From positions 1,529 to 65,528 of the forward strand of contig JBKPRY010000369.1 of assembly GCA_046734755.1 (NCBI GenBank): a DNA stretch of 64,000 nt, in the 5' to 3' direction. The notes beneath the pieces were generated by a model that saw only the letters and a list, made by a program, of their open reading frames with translations, made no database searches and was not told the origin of the DNA. The DNA comes from Actinomycetota bacterium (GTDB lineage Bacteria; Actinomycetota; UBA4738; HRBIN12). This document shows positions 27,294 through 37,525 of this stretch, one piece after another; within the stretch, counting starts at the first letter, position 1, and each line of letters starts with the position of its first letter. Made by a program: the position numbers and the translations under genes.

Positions 27294-28064
27294 ATGGGTT
27301 TCCTGACCGACCTCCTCGACGACCTGCGGCGTCGCCTCGAACGCGACCCGCTCGACGAGTCGGGATTGCTGGCCGTCGCGATGCACCTGCCGCCACCCCG
27401 GCCGTTCGAGGACGCTCTTCGAGCGGCGCCGCCGGCGCTGATCGCCGAGTACAAACGCTCGTCCCCGTCGGCCGGGGCGATCGCCGACCCGGACATCGCG
27501 AGCCAGGCGCGCGCCTACGAGGAGGGGGGAGCGGCGGCGATCTCGGTGTTGACCGAGCCGACGCGGTTCGACGGCGCGCTCGCGGACCTCCGCGCGGTTC
27601 GGCTCGCGGTGGGTCTCCCGATGCTGCGGAAAGACTTCCTGGTCCACCCCGCGCAGGTGATCGAGTCTCGAGCCGCGGGCGGCGACGCCGTCTTGTTGAT
27701 CGCCGCGGCCCTGTCGGAGCTCGAGCTGAAGGGGATGCTGGCGATCGCGGCCGACCTTGATCTCGACGCGCTCGTCGAGATCCATTCGGAGGAGGATCTC
27801 GCCAAGGCCCTGGCGACCGATGCGCCGGTGATCGGCGTGAACGCTCGCGACCTCGAGACGCTGGAGGTCGACGTCGAACGAGCCCTCGCGATGCTGCCGG
27901 ACGTGCCGTCGGACCGCGTGGCGGTGCTCGAGAGCGGGGTCTCGACCCGCGAGGACGTCGAGCGCGCGATCGACGCCGGCGCCGAAGCGGTGCTGGTCGG
28001 GGAGGCCCTGATGCGGTCCTCCGACCCGGGGGCCACGATCCGATCGCTGCGGGGTGCGTCGTGA
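27294..28064 (+). CDS. trpC: Indole-3-glycerol-phosphate synthase
   Basis: [36 protein letters not shown] and ESG motifs. Confidence 0.92.
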   Translation: MGFLTDLLDDLRRRLERDPLDESGLLAVAMHLPPPRPFEDALRAAPPALIAEYKRSSPSAGAIADPDIASQARAYEEGGAAAISVLTEPTRFDGALADLRAVRLAVGLPMLRKDFLVHPAQVIESRAAGGDAVLLIAAALSELELKGMLAIAADLDLDALVEIHSEEDLAKALATDAPVIGVNARDLETLEVDVERALAMLPDVPSDRVAVLESGVSTREDVERAIDAGAEAVLVGEALMRSSDPGATIRSLRGAS

Positions 28065-29269
28065 GCGCGCCGGCGACGCTTCCCGACGAACGGGGTCGGT
28101 TCGGTGCGTACGGGGGGCGGTACGTGCCGGAGGTGCTGATCCCCGCGCTCGACGAGCTCGCAACGGCGTGGTCGAACCTCCGGGACGACCCCGCGTTCCG
28201 GGGCGAGCTCGACGCGCTGCTCCGGGACTTCGTGGGCCGGCCCTCGGCGATGACCTTCGCGCCGCGGCTGTCCGAGTCGACCGGCTGCCACATCTACCTC
28301 AAGCGCGAGGATCTGAACCACACGGGGGCGCACAAGATCAACAACACGCTGGGCCAGGTCCTGCTCGCCCGACGCCTCGGCAAGAGGCGGATCATCGCCG
28401 AGACCGGCGCGGGGATGCACGGGGTGGCCACGGCGACGGCGTGTGCCCTGTTTGGGCTGCCGTGCGTGGTCTACATGGGCGAGGAGGACACGAAGCGGCA
28501 GGCGCCGAACGTCGCCCGGATGCAGCTGCTCGGCGCCGAGGTCGTCACGGTCACCTCCGGAAGCCGAACGCTGAAGGACGCGCTCAACGAGGCGCTGCGG
28601 GACTGGGCGGCGAGCGTGATCGACACGCATTACGTCCTCGGCTCGGTCGCGGGACCCCATCCGTTCCCCGCGCTCGTCCGCGATCTCCAACGCGTGATCG
28701 GCGACGAGGCGAGAGTGCAGCTGCGAGAGCGCGAGGGTCGCGATCCGGACGTGGTGGTGGCCTGCGTCGGCGGCGGGAGCAACGCGATCGGGATCTTCGA
28801 GGCCTTCCTCCCCGAGCCGAGTGTGGAGCTCGTCGGCGTTGAGGCCGGCGGCAGGGGCGACGGGCTCGGCGAGCACTGCAGGTCGCTCACGCTCGGCGAG
28901 CCGGGCGTGCTCCATGGGTCGTACTCCTATCTCCTGCAGGACGAGCAGGGGCAGGTCGTCCCGACGCACTCGATCTCGGCGGGGCTGGACTACCCGGGCG
29001 TTGGCCCGGAGCACGCGTACCTGCGAGAAACCGGCCGCGCCACCTACGTCTCGGTCACCGACGAGGAGGCGCTGGAGGGCTTCCACGCGCTCGCGACGCT
29101 CGAGGGGATCCTGCCGGCGCTGGAACCGGCCCATGCGATCGGCTGGCTCCTCCGGCGCCCGCTGGCGGAGGGTTCGCTCGTGCTCGTCAACCTGTCCGGT
29201 CGAGGCGACAAGGATCTCGAGACGGTACGGGCCGCCGTGGGGTCGAGGCCGGGGGCGCCGCGTGCCTGA
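28061..29269 (+). CDS. trpB: Tryptophan synthase beta subunit
   Basis: GTGA overlap with trpC. PLP-lysine motif HTGAHKINN, plus GGGSNAIG and [15 protein letters not shown]. Confidence 0.96.
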   Translation: MSAPATLPDERGRFGAYGGRYVPEVLIPALDELATAWSNLRDDPAFRGELDALLRDFVGRPSAMTFAPRLSESTGCHIYLKREDLNHTGAHKINNTLGQVLLARRLGKRRIIAETGAGMHGVATATACALFGLPCVVYMGEEDTKRQAPNVARMQLLGAEVVTVTSGSRTLKDALNEALRDWAASVIDTHYVLGSVAGPHPFPALVRDLQRVIGDEARVQLREREGRDPDVVVACVGGGSNAIGIFEAFLPEPSVELVGVEAGGRGDGLGEHCRSLTLGEPGVLHGSYSYLLQDEQGQVVPTHSISAGLDYPGVGPEHAYLRETGRATYVSVTDEEALEGFHALATLEGILPALEPAHAIGWLLRRPLAEGSLVLVNLSGRGDKDLETVRAAVGSRPGAPRA

Positions 29270-30032
29270 TCTCGAGCCGTCGCTGCGTTCGCGGCTGGAC
29301 GCGGGCGGCCGCGCGTTCGTCCCCTACGTCACCGGTGGGCTCGCGGGCGTGGACGCCGAGCTGTTGCGCGGGCTGGAGGAGGCGGGGGCCGATGCGATCG
29401 AGGTGGGCATCCCCTTCTCGGATCCCGTCATGGACGGACCGGTCATCCAGGAGGCCTCGCGGCGGGCGCTGGTGGACGGCGCCACGCCATCGAGCGTGCT
29501 CGGCTCGATCAAGGAGGCCGGGCTCGAGGTCCCCGTCGCGGTCATGACGTACGCGAACCCCGTCTGGCACGCGGGTCACGAGGCCTTCCTCGATGCGTGC
29601 GTGGATGCAGGCGTGTCCGGCGTGATCGTGCCTGACCTCCCCGTGGACGAGGCTGGGGACTGGACGCGCGCGTGCGAGCGGGCCTCGGTCGCCTCCGTGT
29701 TCCTCGCGGCCCCGGGCACCTCGGACCACCGGCTGCGAGCGATCGGCGAGAGCTCCCGGGGGTTCGTCTACTGCGTGGCGACGTACGGGGTCACGGGGGC
29801 GCGCGACCGGCTGGCCGAGACGGCGGTCGAGCTCGTGGGGCGGCTGCGGCCACTTTCGCTACGCCCGCTCCTGGTCGGGGTCGGGATCGCCGAGCCGTCG
29901 CAGGCCGCCGAGGCGTGCGGGTTCGCCGACGGCGTCGTGGTGGGGAGCGCCCTCGTCCGCCCCCTGCTCGACGGAGACACCGCTGCCGCCCTGGGGCTCG
30001 CCCGCGCGTTCCGAGCGGCGACGCCGTCGTAG
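29262..30032 (+). CDS. trpA: Tryptophan synthase alpha subunit
   Basis: GTG 29262 overlaps the trpB end by 8 nt. [25 protein letters not shown] and [13 protein letters not shown] motifs. Confidence 0.9.
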   Translation: MPDLEPSLRSRLDAGGRAFVPYVTGGLAGVDAELLRGLEEAGADAIEVGIPFSDPVMDGPVIQEASRRALVDGATPSSVLGSIKEAGLEVPVAVMTYANPVWHAGHEAFLDACVDAGVSGVIVPDLPVDEAGDWTRACERASVASVFLAAPGTSDHRLRAIGESSRGFVYCVATYGVTGARDRLAETAVELVGRLRPLSLRPLLVGVGIAEPSQAAEACGFADGVVVGSALVRPLLDGDTAAALGLARAFRAATPS

Positions 30033-30263
30033 GCACGTGTTCGGCTGCTCATGCAGTCCGTGCGTGCTCCCGGTTTCGTACACCTTTCACGACGGTCGGC
30101 CACGAGGTAGGCAGGAACCGTCCGGTATCGGCCGGGGTGGCCCGGCACCTGCGGAATGTGATAGGTACCACCCCGACGGAATGGGAGAAAGGGGGCGATC
30201 CGCCGTTCCGTACATGCGTTCACGTACCACCACGATCGTAGGACACCTTCGGAGGGGGGTTGG

Positions 30264-31604
30264 ATGAAGAACCGCAAGTACTTCGCGATGGTGGCGCTCC
30301 TCGGAGCGCTGATGCTCGTCGCCGCTGCCTGCGGCAACGACGACAACGGTACGACCGGAGGTTCGGGAGGCACGTCCGCCACGGGTGGCGCAGTCGACTG
30401 CGCCGCGGACGAGTTCGGTTGCGTGGAGATCGCCGCGGGTGATCCGATCCAGCTGGCGTCGTTGCTCTCGATCACCGGGGACACCGCGTTCCTCGGCACC
30501 GACAGCAACCACGGCGTCCAGCTCGCGATCGACTACCTGGACGGCACCTTCGATGCCAAGGACGGCCAGCTCCTCGGGCACGACGTCACCCTCCAACAGG
30601 AGGACGACGGGTGCTCGGCCGAGGGTGGTCAGGCCGGCGCCACTGCGCTTGCGGCCAACCCGGACATCGTTGCCGTGATCGGGACTTCGTGCTCGAGCGC
30701 CGCGCTCGGTGTCGCCGACACGATCCTGAGCGACAAGGGCATCATCCTGATCTCGCCCTCGAACACGAACCCCGGCCTGACGTCGGAGGAGGCGCACCAG
30801 CCCTTCTACCTGCGCACGGCGCACAACGACAAGATCCAGGGCGCGATCGTGGCGGACTTCGTCTTCAACAAGCTGAAGGTCGACTCCGCCGCGACGATCA
30901 ACGACGAGAGCCCCTACGCCGACGGACTGGCGGCCGCCTTCCGCGACAACTTCGAGGCGCTCGGCGGCACGATCACCGACACCGAGCAGGTCAGCAGCAG
31001 CGACACGGACCTCGGTCCGGTGTTCACGAACATCGCAGCGACCGACCCCGGCGTCGTCTACGGGCCGAACTTCAACCCCGTCTGCGCCCTGAGCTACACG
31101 CAGGGTTCGGACATCCTGGCGAAGGGGACGGTCCAGATCGGCTCGGACGGTTGCCTGGAGAGCTCGTTCATCGACACGGACGGCGCCCCGATCAAGGACT
31201 ACGACTACTACGCGTCGTCGCCGGACGTGACCGCGTTCCAGGGCGGGGACTTCTACAAGAACCAGTACCTTCCCGCCTACACGGACCAGTTCGGCAAGCC
31301 GACGTCGGTGTTCAACGCGCACGCCTTCGACGCCACGAACATCCTGTTCGACGCGATCGAGGCAACGGCTGTCGACGACGGCAGCGGAAACCTGACGATC
31401 TCCCGGACCGCTCTGAAGGACGCGCTGTTCGCGACGAGCGGCTACGAGGGCGTCACGGGCACGATCACGTGCACCCCGCTCGGGGACTGCGCGACCGATG
31501 TCACGATCGGTGTCTTCAAGTACGACCACTGGCCGGTCGATGGTGGTGTGGACCCCACTGACCCGGTCTTCTCGGAGACCAAGACATTGGCCGACGTCAT
31601 CTAG
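30264..31604 (+). CDS. LIV-type (type-1 periplasmic binding fold) ABC substrate-binding lipoprotein
   Basis: Lipobox LMLVAAAC-G. Leu/Ile/Val-binding-like core (IGTSCSSAA, SPSNTNPGLT, RTAHNDKIQG, NAHAFDATNIL). First gene of the livHMGF-type operon. Confidence 0.85.
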   Translation: MKNRKYFAMVALLGALMLVAAACGNDDNGTTGGSGGTSATGGAVDCAADEFGCVEIAAGDPIQLASLLSITGDTAFLGTDSNHGVQLAIDYLDGTFDAKDGQLLGHDVTLQQEDDGCSAEGGQAGATALAANPDIVAVIGTSCSSAALGVADTILSDKGIILISPSNTNPGLTSEEAHQPFYLRTAHNDKIQGAIVADFVFNKLKVDSAATINDESPYADGLAAAFRDNFEALGGTITDTEQVSSSDTDLGPVFTNIAATDPGVVYGPNFNPVCALSYTQGSDILAKGTVQIGSDGCLESSFIDTDGAPIKDYDYYASSPDVTAFQGGDFYKNQYLPAYTDQFGKPTSVFNAHAFDATNILFDAIEATAVDDGSGNLTISRTALKDALFATSGYEGVTGTITCTPLGDCATDVTIGVFKYDHWPVDGGVDPTDPVFSETKTLADVI

Positions 31605-31612
31605 TTCCAACC

Positions 31613-31659
31613 GGCACCGCACGCTGCGGGTGGGCCTTGCGTCCACCCGCAGCGGTGCC
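31613..31659 (+). terminator. Strong intercistronic stem-loop after the binding-protein gene (U-tract-less terminator or RNA-stability hairpin)
   Basis: GGCACCGC(acg)CTGCGGGTGG / 9-nt loop / CCACCCGCAGCGGTGCC. That is 18 bp with a 3-nt bulge. It is followed by TAGGCT (31673-31678), 7 nt before the livH ATG. Confidence 0.45.
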
Positions 31660-31685
31660 TCGGGGGATGGGCTAGGCTCGCGCGA

Positions 31686-32786
31686 ATGGCCACGGCCACC
31701 GACGAACCCGTCCGCGGCGCACAGCTCGGATTGCTGGAGCGCCTCCCCTGGCGGAGGATCGTCCTGCTCATCCTGTCCATCCTGATCCTGTCGGTAGTCC
31801 TACTCGGCGCCTACAAGACACTCACGCTTCCAGCAGATCAGCGATACACCGCAGAGACCTGGAAGGACTTCATCGTTCTCGGTCTGGCGCAGGGGGCGAT
31901 CATCGCGTTGATCGCCCTCGGATACACGCTGGTTTACGGGATCTTGCGGATGATCAACTTCGCGCACGGCGAGATCTTCATGTTCGGCGCCTTCGGCGCG
32001 TTTTTCTTCTCCGATGCCTGGGAGCAGAGCGGCTTCCTCAACAGCAACCCCTGGCTCTCGATGGCGCTCCTGCTGATCATCGCGATGCTCACGTCGATGA
32101 CCGTCGCCGTCCTGCTCGAGCGCATCGCCTACCGCCCCCTCCGGAACGCCCCCCGGCTGGTGCCGCTCATCACGGCGATCGGGGCGTCGCTGTTCCTGCA
32201 GAACACCGCCCGTGGCTTCTTCGGGGCGCAGAGCCACGGGTTCGGTGTGCCGGAGGTGCTCGACGGCAAATGGACGATCCTCGGCATCGAGGTCGATCGG
32301 GTCCAGGTGATCGTGCTGGTCACCGTGATCATCGCGGTCGCCGCCCTGTCGCTGTTCGTCTCGAAGACGACCACCGGGAAGTCGATGCGCGCGGTGGCGG
32401 CCGACAGCGAGATCGCGAGCCTCATGGGGATCCGCGTTGACCGCGTGATCGTGACGACGTTCGCGATCGGGGGACTCCTAGCGGGGATCGCGGCCGTGCT
32501 GTTCTCGATCACGTTCGAGTCGGTGAGCTTCACGATGGGGGTACGGCCCGGGATCGCTGCGTTCACCGCCGCTGTGCTAGGGGGGATCGGGAGCATCTCG
32601 GGCGCCGCGCTCGGCGGCGTCCTGCTCGGGTTGCTGCAGTCGGTGGGCCCTGCGCTGATCCTGACCGGCTATGGCATCCCGTCGTCGTTCCAGCTGAAGG
32701 ACGCCTTCACGTTCCTGGTGCTGGTCCTGGTCCTCATCTTCCGGCCGGGCGGACTGCTCGGGTCGAGCGAAGCGGAGAAGGTGTGA
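31686..32786 (+). CDS. livH: Branched-chain amino-acid ABC permease (LivH family)
   Basis: Polytopic protein with the LivH-type motif GILRMINFAHGEIFMFGAF. Confidence 0.88.
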   Translation: MATATDEPVRGAQLGLLERLPWRRIVLLILSILILSVVLLGAYKTLTLPADQRYTAETWKDFIVLGLAQGAIIALIALGYTLVYGILRMINFAHGEIFMFGAFGAFFFSDAWEQSGFLNSNPWLSMALLLIIAMLTSMTVAVLLERIAYRPLRNAPRLVPLITAIGASLFLQNTARGFFGAQSHGFGVPEVLDGKWTILGIEVDRVQVIVLVTVIIAVAALSLFVSKTTTGKSMRAVAADSEIASLMGIRVDRVIVTTFAIGGLLAGIAAVLFSITFESVSFTMGVRPGIAAFTAAVLGGIGSISGAALGGVLLGLLQSVGPALILTGYGIPSSFQLKDAFTFLVLVLVLIFRPGGLLGSSEAEKV

Positions 32787-34582
32787 TGGGCGGAGTCCCG
32801 ACGCGCTCGATCGTCCGCGCGGGGCTGCTCGGCGGCGTCGGTGCGATCTACGTCGCCCTGGTCGGGCTCTACACCAAGTTCGCCGACCTCGAGCTCGTTG
32901 GTGAGCAGATCACGCTCGGCAGGGTCCTGATCGTCGCGCCTGCCTTCGTCGCCGCATATGCCGTGACCCGCCCGCGCATCGTCGCGGGCGAACGCCACTC
33001 GGTCCAGTTGCGGAGTGGCCTCGGGGTGGGTGCGGCATCCGGGCTCGTCGGCGGGGCGGTCTTCGCGACAGCGACCTGGTACGCCGACTGGTTCGGCGTC
33101 GACCGGATCCGCGAGGTCTTCGTCGCTGTCACCCAAGAGCTGATCGATTTCTTGACGTTCGACAAGGGCGTGCCGGCCGGCCTGGTGATCCTGATCGGCT
33201 TGTGCGTCGCAGGCGGCCTCGTGGGGGGGTTCGCGCGCACCGCACCTGGGGTGATCCGTCGTCCCGCGACCGCGGGGATCATCGCGGTGATCCTGTTCGG
33301 CCTCCTGCAGCGGATCATCCCGATCGTGTTCGTCGAGCTCGGGTTCGAGGCCGACTGGCTGTACGAGCGCGGGCGCGGCCTCACGATCCTCGGCGGGGTG
33401 ATCGTGTTCGTGATCGCGGCCGGCGCGAACGCGCTGTGGAACCGCGACCAGGGCCGATCGCGCGAACGGGTCCGACGCAGCGTCGAGCAGGCACCGGCCG
33501 CCAAGGTCGGCCTGTTCGTCGCGATCCTGGCCATCCTGTCGATCCTGCCCCTGCTCCTCGGTACCGTGATCTCCGAGGTGCTCGGCCAGGTCATGATCTA
33601 CGCGCTCCTCGGACTGGGCCTGAACATCGTGGTGGGGTACGCGGGACTGCTCGACCTGGGGTACGTAGCCTTCTTCGCGTTCGGTGCCTACACGACCGGT
33701 GTGCTCACCGGGGCCTTCCTGAACACCACGACCGGCGCCGCCACACCCGCGCTCTCCGCCGACCTGAACTTCTTCGTGGCCGTGTGGATCGTCGCGCTAC
33801 TCGCGGCGGGGGTCGGCCTCCTGATCGGCGCCCCGGTGCTCCGGCTGCGCGGCGACTACCTCGCGATCGTGACCCTCGGGCTGGGCGAGATCGTGAGCGT
33901 CATCACCGCGTCCAAGTGGGCCCAGCCGTTGATCGGCGGGCCGCAGGGGATGCGGGGCGTTACCAAGGCCGAGGCCCTAGGGCTGAACTTCCAGGACAAC
34001 CCGCAGCACTTCTACTACCTCGCGCTCGCCTTCGTCTTACTCGCCGCGTTCGTCTCGTGGCGATTGTCCACGTCGCGGATCGGACGGGCCTGGAACGCGA
34101 TGCGGGAGGACGAACAAGTCGCCGACGCGATGGGGGTCAGCACGACGAAGTTCAAGCTGTTGGCCTTCGCCCTCGGCGGCGCGATCGGATCGCTTGGCGG
34201 CGCGCTCTTCGCGGTCAGCATCGGATCGCTGACGCCGAACAGCTTCGAGTTCACCGTGTCGATCACGGCACTCGCCGTCGTGATCCTGGGCGGCCTCGGC
34301 AGCATCCCCGGCGTCCTGGTCGGGGCGCTCGTCCTGATCGGCCTTCCCGGGCTCCTGCGTGAGTTCGAGGAGTATCGGCCTCTGATCTACGGGGGTGCCC
34401 TGGTCGCGATCATGATCCTGCGGCCGCAGGGGTTGATCCCGAACGTCCGGCGCAGCCGGGAGCTCGAGGACGAGGAGGTCACCCAGGACGCGTGGGCAGC
34501 CAAAGCGGCCGCCGACTCCGAGGCCGTGGCGGCCGTGCTGCCAGGTGGTGGCCTCGGCGTGGAGCGGGAGGATCTGGAGTGA
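32783..34582 (+). CDS. livM: Branched-chain amino-acid ABC permease (LivM family) with a ~250-aa extra N-terminal membrane domain
   Basis: ATGA-type overlap with livH. The C-terminal ~330 aa carry the LivM core (GLNIVVGYAGLLDLGYVAFFAFGAYT). The N-terminal 250 aa form additional hydrophobic helices. Confidence 0.85.
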   Translation: MMGGVPTRSIVRAGLLGGVGAIYVALVGLYTKFADLELVGEQITLGRVLIVAPAFVAAYAVTRPRIVAGERHSVQLRSGLGVGAASGLVGGAVFATATWYADWFGVDRIREVFVAVTQELIDFLTFDKGVPAGLVILIGLCVAGGLVGGFARTAPGVIRRPATAGIIAVILFGLLQRIIPIVFVELGFEADWLYERGRGLTILGGVIVFVIAAGANALWNRDQGRSRERVRRSVEQAPAAKVGLFVAILAILSILPLLLGTVISEVLGQVMIYALLGLGLNIVVGYAGLLDLGYVAFFAFGAYTTGVLTGAFLNTTTGAATPALSADLNFFVAVWIVALLAAGVGLLIGAPVLRLRGDYLAIVTLGLGEIVSVITASKWAQPLIGGPQGMRGVTKAEALGLNFQDNPQHFYYLALAFVLLAAFVSWRLSTSRIGRAWNAMREDEQVADAMGVSTTKFKLLAFALGGAIGSLGGALFAVSIGSLTPNSFEFTVSITALAVVILGGLGSIPGVLVGALVLIGLPGLLREFEEYRPLIYGGALVAIMILRPQGLIPNVRRSRELEDEEVTQDAWAAKAAADSEAVAAVLPGGGLGVEREDLE

Positions 34583-35370
34583 GCGCGCCGGAGCACCTGC
34601 TCGAGCTCACGGACGTCGCGAAGCACTTCGGGGGCCTGTACGCCCTGTCGGGGCTCACATTCCACGTCGACCCGGGCGAGATCGTTTCGGTCATCGGCCC
34701 CAACGGGGCCGGCAAGAGCACGATGTTCAACGTCGTCACCGGCCTGTATGGGCCGGACGACGGCGGCATCCGTTTCCGTGGCGCCAACGTCGTCGGGCTG
34801 GCGCCGAACCAGGTGACCAAGCTCGGCATCGCCCGCACCTTCCAGACCGTGCACCTGTTCCCGAACATGACGATCCTGGAGAACGCGATGGTCGGCCAGC
34901 ACTGCCGGACTAGGTCCGGCGTGTTCGGCTCGGTGTTCGGCCTGCCCGGAACCCGTCGCGAGGAGGAACGGATCCGCGCGAGGGCGCGCGAGAGCCTCGG
35001 GTTCTTCGGCTCGCGCCTGGCCGGATACCGCGAGGAGCAGCCGGCCTCCGCGCTCTCGTACGCGAACCGGCGACGGCTGGAGATGGCGAGGGCGCTGGCC
35101 ACCGACCCGGCGCTCGTGATGCTGGACGAGCCCACGGCCGGCATGAACCCGCGCGAGACGCTCGAGCTTCGCGACCACATCGTGCGCATGCGCGACGAGC
35201 TCGGGCTCACCGTGCTGGTGATCGAGCACGACATGCGGGTGGTCAAGGGCGTCTCCGACCGGGTCGTGGCCCTCGACTACGGGCGCAAGATCGCGGAGGG
35301 CTCCTACGACGAGGTGGCGAACGATCCCCAGGTGATCGAGGCGTACCTCGGGACCAAGGCTGTCGGGTGA
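34579..35370 (+). CDS. livG: Branched-chain amino-acid ABC ATPase (LivG family)
   Basis: GTG 34579 (GTGA overlap). Walker A GPNGAGKST, signature/Walker B region LSYANRRRLEMARALATDPALVMLDEP, and the LivG-specific C-terminus. Confidence 0.9.
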   Translation: MSAPEHLLELTDVAKHFGGLYALSGLTFHVDPGEIVSVIGPNGAGKSTMFNVVTGLYGPDDGGIRFRGANVVGLAPNQVTKLGIARTFQTVHLFPNMTILENAMVGQHCRTRSGVFGSVFGLPGTRREEERIRARARESLGFFGSRLAGYREEQPASALSYANRRRLEMARALATDPALVMLDEPTAGMNPRETLELRDHIVRMRDELGLTVLVIEHDMRVVKGVSDRVVALDYGRKIAEGSYDEVANDPQVIEAYLGTKAVG

Positions 35371-36212
35371 GTGACGAGGGGCCGACCACCGAGACCCCCA
35401 CCCCGGATCCGGCCGAGACCGGGGTCGACATCCAGCCCGTCGACACCGCCGCGCTTCCAACCTTCGCCCAACCCACCGCGGAGGGGGACGGCCAGCGGCG
35501 CCCCGTCCTGGAGATGCGGGACGTGAGCACCCATTACGGGCTGGTCGCGGTGCTCCGCAACGTGAACGTGGAGATCTTCCCCGGCGAGATGGTGTGCCTG
35601 CTTGGGGGGAACGCCAGCGGCAAGACCACGACCCTCAAGACGATTCTCGGGTATGTCAAGCCGACCGAGGGCGACGTGGTGCTCGACGGCGAGGTGGTGA
35701 CCGGGCTGCCGACGTCGGAGGTCGTCTCCAAGGGGATCTCGATGGTCCCGGAGAACCGCCGTCTCTTCGCGAACATGACGGTCTCGGAGAACCTGGATCT
35801 CGGCGCGTACCAGCGAAAGGACAAGGCGAAGATCGCGGAGGATCGGGAGAAGGTGCTCGAGACGTTCCCGCGGATCCGCGAGCGCCTCAAGCAGAAGGCC
35901 GGGACACTGTCCGGCGGCGAGCAGCAGATGGTCGCGATGGGCCGGGCGTTGATGGCCGATCCGAAGGTCCTGCTGATGGACGAGCCCTCGATGGGGCTCG
36001 CGCCGATCCTGGTCGAGCAGGTCTTCGAGATCATCAAGCAGATCCGCGCGCTCGGCCGCACCGTCTTCGTGGTGGAGCAGAACGCGAACATGGCGCTCTC
36101 GATCGCCGATCGCGGCTATGTGATCCAGACCGGCCAGGTGGTGCTCGCGGACACGGCGAAGAACCTCCTGGACAACCCACTCATGCGAGAGGCGTACCTC
36201 GGAGAGCTCTGA
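35367..36212 (+). CDS. livF: Branched-chain amino-acid ABC ATPase (LivF family). The ~45-aa Pro/Thr/acidic N-terminal extension applies only if the GTG 35367 start is real.
   Basis: Walker A GGNASGKTT, signature LSGGEQQMVAMGRAL, and Walker B LLMDEP. GTGA overlap with livG. Confidence 0.88.
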   Translation: MSDEGPTTETPTPDPAETGVDIQPVDTAALPTFAQPTAEGDGQRRPVLEMRDVSTHYGLVAVLRNVNVEIFPGEMVCLLGGNASGKTTTLKTILGYVKPTEGDVVLDGEVVTGLPTSEVVSKGISMVPENRRLFANMTVSENLDLGAYQRKDKAKIAEDREKVLETFPRIRERLKQKAGTLSGGEQQMVAMGRALMADPKVLLMDEPSMGLAPILVEQVFEIIKQIRALGRTVFVVEQNANMALSIADRGYVIQTGQVVLADTAKNLLDNPLMREAYLGEL

Positions 36213-36265
36213 GTGATCGCTCCACGGGGACGCGACCGGGTCCTCGCGCCCGACGAGGGCTCGCT

Positions 36266-37420
36266 ATGAACCGGACCGCCGACGTCGTGGTGGTGGGGGG
36301 AGGCGTCGTTGGCGCGAGCGCCGCCTACCACCTCGCCGCCGCGGACGCCGGACGGGTCCTGGTGCTCGAGCGCGCCGACCACCTCGCGGCGGGGTCGACC
36401 GGGGCGTGCGCCGGGGGTTTCCGCTTCCAGTTCTCGAGCGCGATCAACGTCCGCCTGTCGCAGGCCAGCGTGCCCATGATCACCGGGTTCACGCGGGAGC
36501 ACGGGCTGCCGCTCGACGTCGTGCAGCACGGCTATCTGTTCCTGGTTCGCGGCGAGGAGCTGTGGCGCGACTTCCTGACGGCCAACCGCCTGCACGCGTC
36601 GCTGGGCGTCGAGGCCGAGGTCCTGACGCCCGAGCAGGCGCTCGAGCTCGCGCCGGGGATCTCGATCGAGGATCTGGTGGGCGCCACGTACGGCCCGGAG
36701 GACGGGATCGCGGACCCCTCGGGCCTCACCCACGGGTACGCGACCCTCGCGCGGCGTGCGGGCGCCGAGATCGAGCTCGGCGTCGGGGTCGACCGCGTCC
36801 GGGCGACAGACGGCCGGGTGCGGGGCGTGGACACCGACGCGGGGCCCGTCGATGCCGCGGTGGTGGTGAACGCGGCCGGTCCGTGGGCGGGCGTTCTGGC
36901 CGCCACCGCCGGCGTCGACCTCCCGCTCGAGCCGATCCCGCGCCACGTCCTGGTGACGGGGCCCTTCCCGGGGGCGCCCGAACGGCGAACCCTGGTGATC
37001 GACGCGGCGACGACGTTCTACTTCCATCGCGAGGGCGCCGGCGTGCTGATGGGGATGGGAAGTCCGTCCGAGCGACCGTCGTTCGAGACCACGGCTGACG
37101 AGTCGTTCGTCGCCGACCAGCTCCTGCCGACCGCGGTCCGGATCTTCCCTCCGCTCTCGGAGGCGTCGGTCGAGAACTCATGGGTCGGCCTGTACGAGAT
37201 GACACCCGACCGCCACCCGATCATCGGCGAGGCACCGGGGGTCGCCGGCTTCTACCTGGCCAACGGCTTCAGCGGCCACGGCTTCCAGCACGCCCCCGTG
37301 GTCGGCAAGTTGATCTCGGAGCTGGTCGTCCAGGGAGCGGCCACGACCGTTGACATCGCGGGCCTCGGGCTCGAGCGGTTCGAACGCGGAGATCTTGTCC
37401 GCGAGGGTCACGTCGTCTGA
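36266..37420 (+). CDS. FAD-dependent oxidoreductase (DAO family; sarcosine oxidase-beta / D-amino-acid oxidase-like)
   Basis: ATG 36266 lies inside ORF 35594..37420. N-terminal dinucleotide fold DVVVVGGGVVGASAAYHLA and a C-terminal GFSGHGFQHAP motif typical of the DAO family. Confidence 0.8.
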   Translation: MNRTADVVVVGGGVVGASAAYHLAAADAGRVLVLERADHLAAGSTGACAGGFRFQFSSAINVRLSQASVPMITGFTREHGLPLDVVQHGYLFLVRGEELWRDFLTANRLHASLGVEAEVLTPEQALELAPGISIEDLVGATYGPEDGIADPSGLTHGYATLARRAGAEIELGVGVDRVRATDGRVRGVDTDAGPVDAAVVVNAAGPWAGVLAATAGVDLPLEPIPRHVLVTGPFPGAPERRTLVIDAATTFYFHREGAGVLMGMGSPSERPSFETTADESFVADQLLPTAVRIFPPLSEASVENSWVGLYEMTPDRHPIIGEAPGVAGFYLANGFSGHGFQHAPVVGKLISELVVQGAATTVDIAGLGLERFERGDLVREGHVV

Positions 37421-37421
37421 G

Positions 37422-37505
37422 TGCCGGGGGCGGGATTCGAACCCGCACGCGCTTTCGCGCAATGGCTTTTGAGGCCATCATGTCTGCCAGTTCCATCACC
37501 CCGGC
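37422..37505 (-). tRNA. tRNA-Leu (anticodon CAA), class II with a long variable arm
   Basis: Manual cloverleaf: acceptor GCCGGGG/CCCCGGC, anticodon arm ATGGC-CTCAAAA-GCCAT (CAA), variable arm GCGC-GAAA-GCGC, T-arm GCGGG-TTCGAAT-CCCGC, discriminator A. No CCA is encoded. Confidence 0.9.
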
Positions 37506-37525
37506 GGAGAGGCAAGTCTACGGCG

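Noticed and set aside
30164-30173. GGGTGGTACC on the minus strand, resembling the T-box core, in the trpA/livK spacer.
   Set aside because: It lacks the following GCG of the T-box consensus. There is no minus-strand gene downstream to regulate, and I could find no specifier or terminator architecture. Most likely a chance match.
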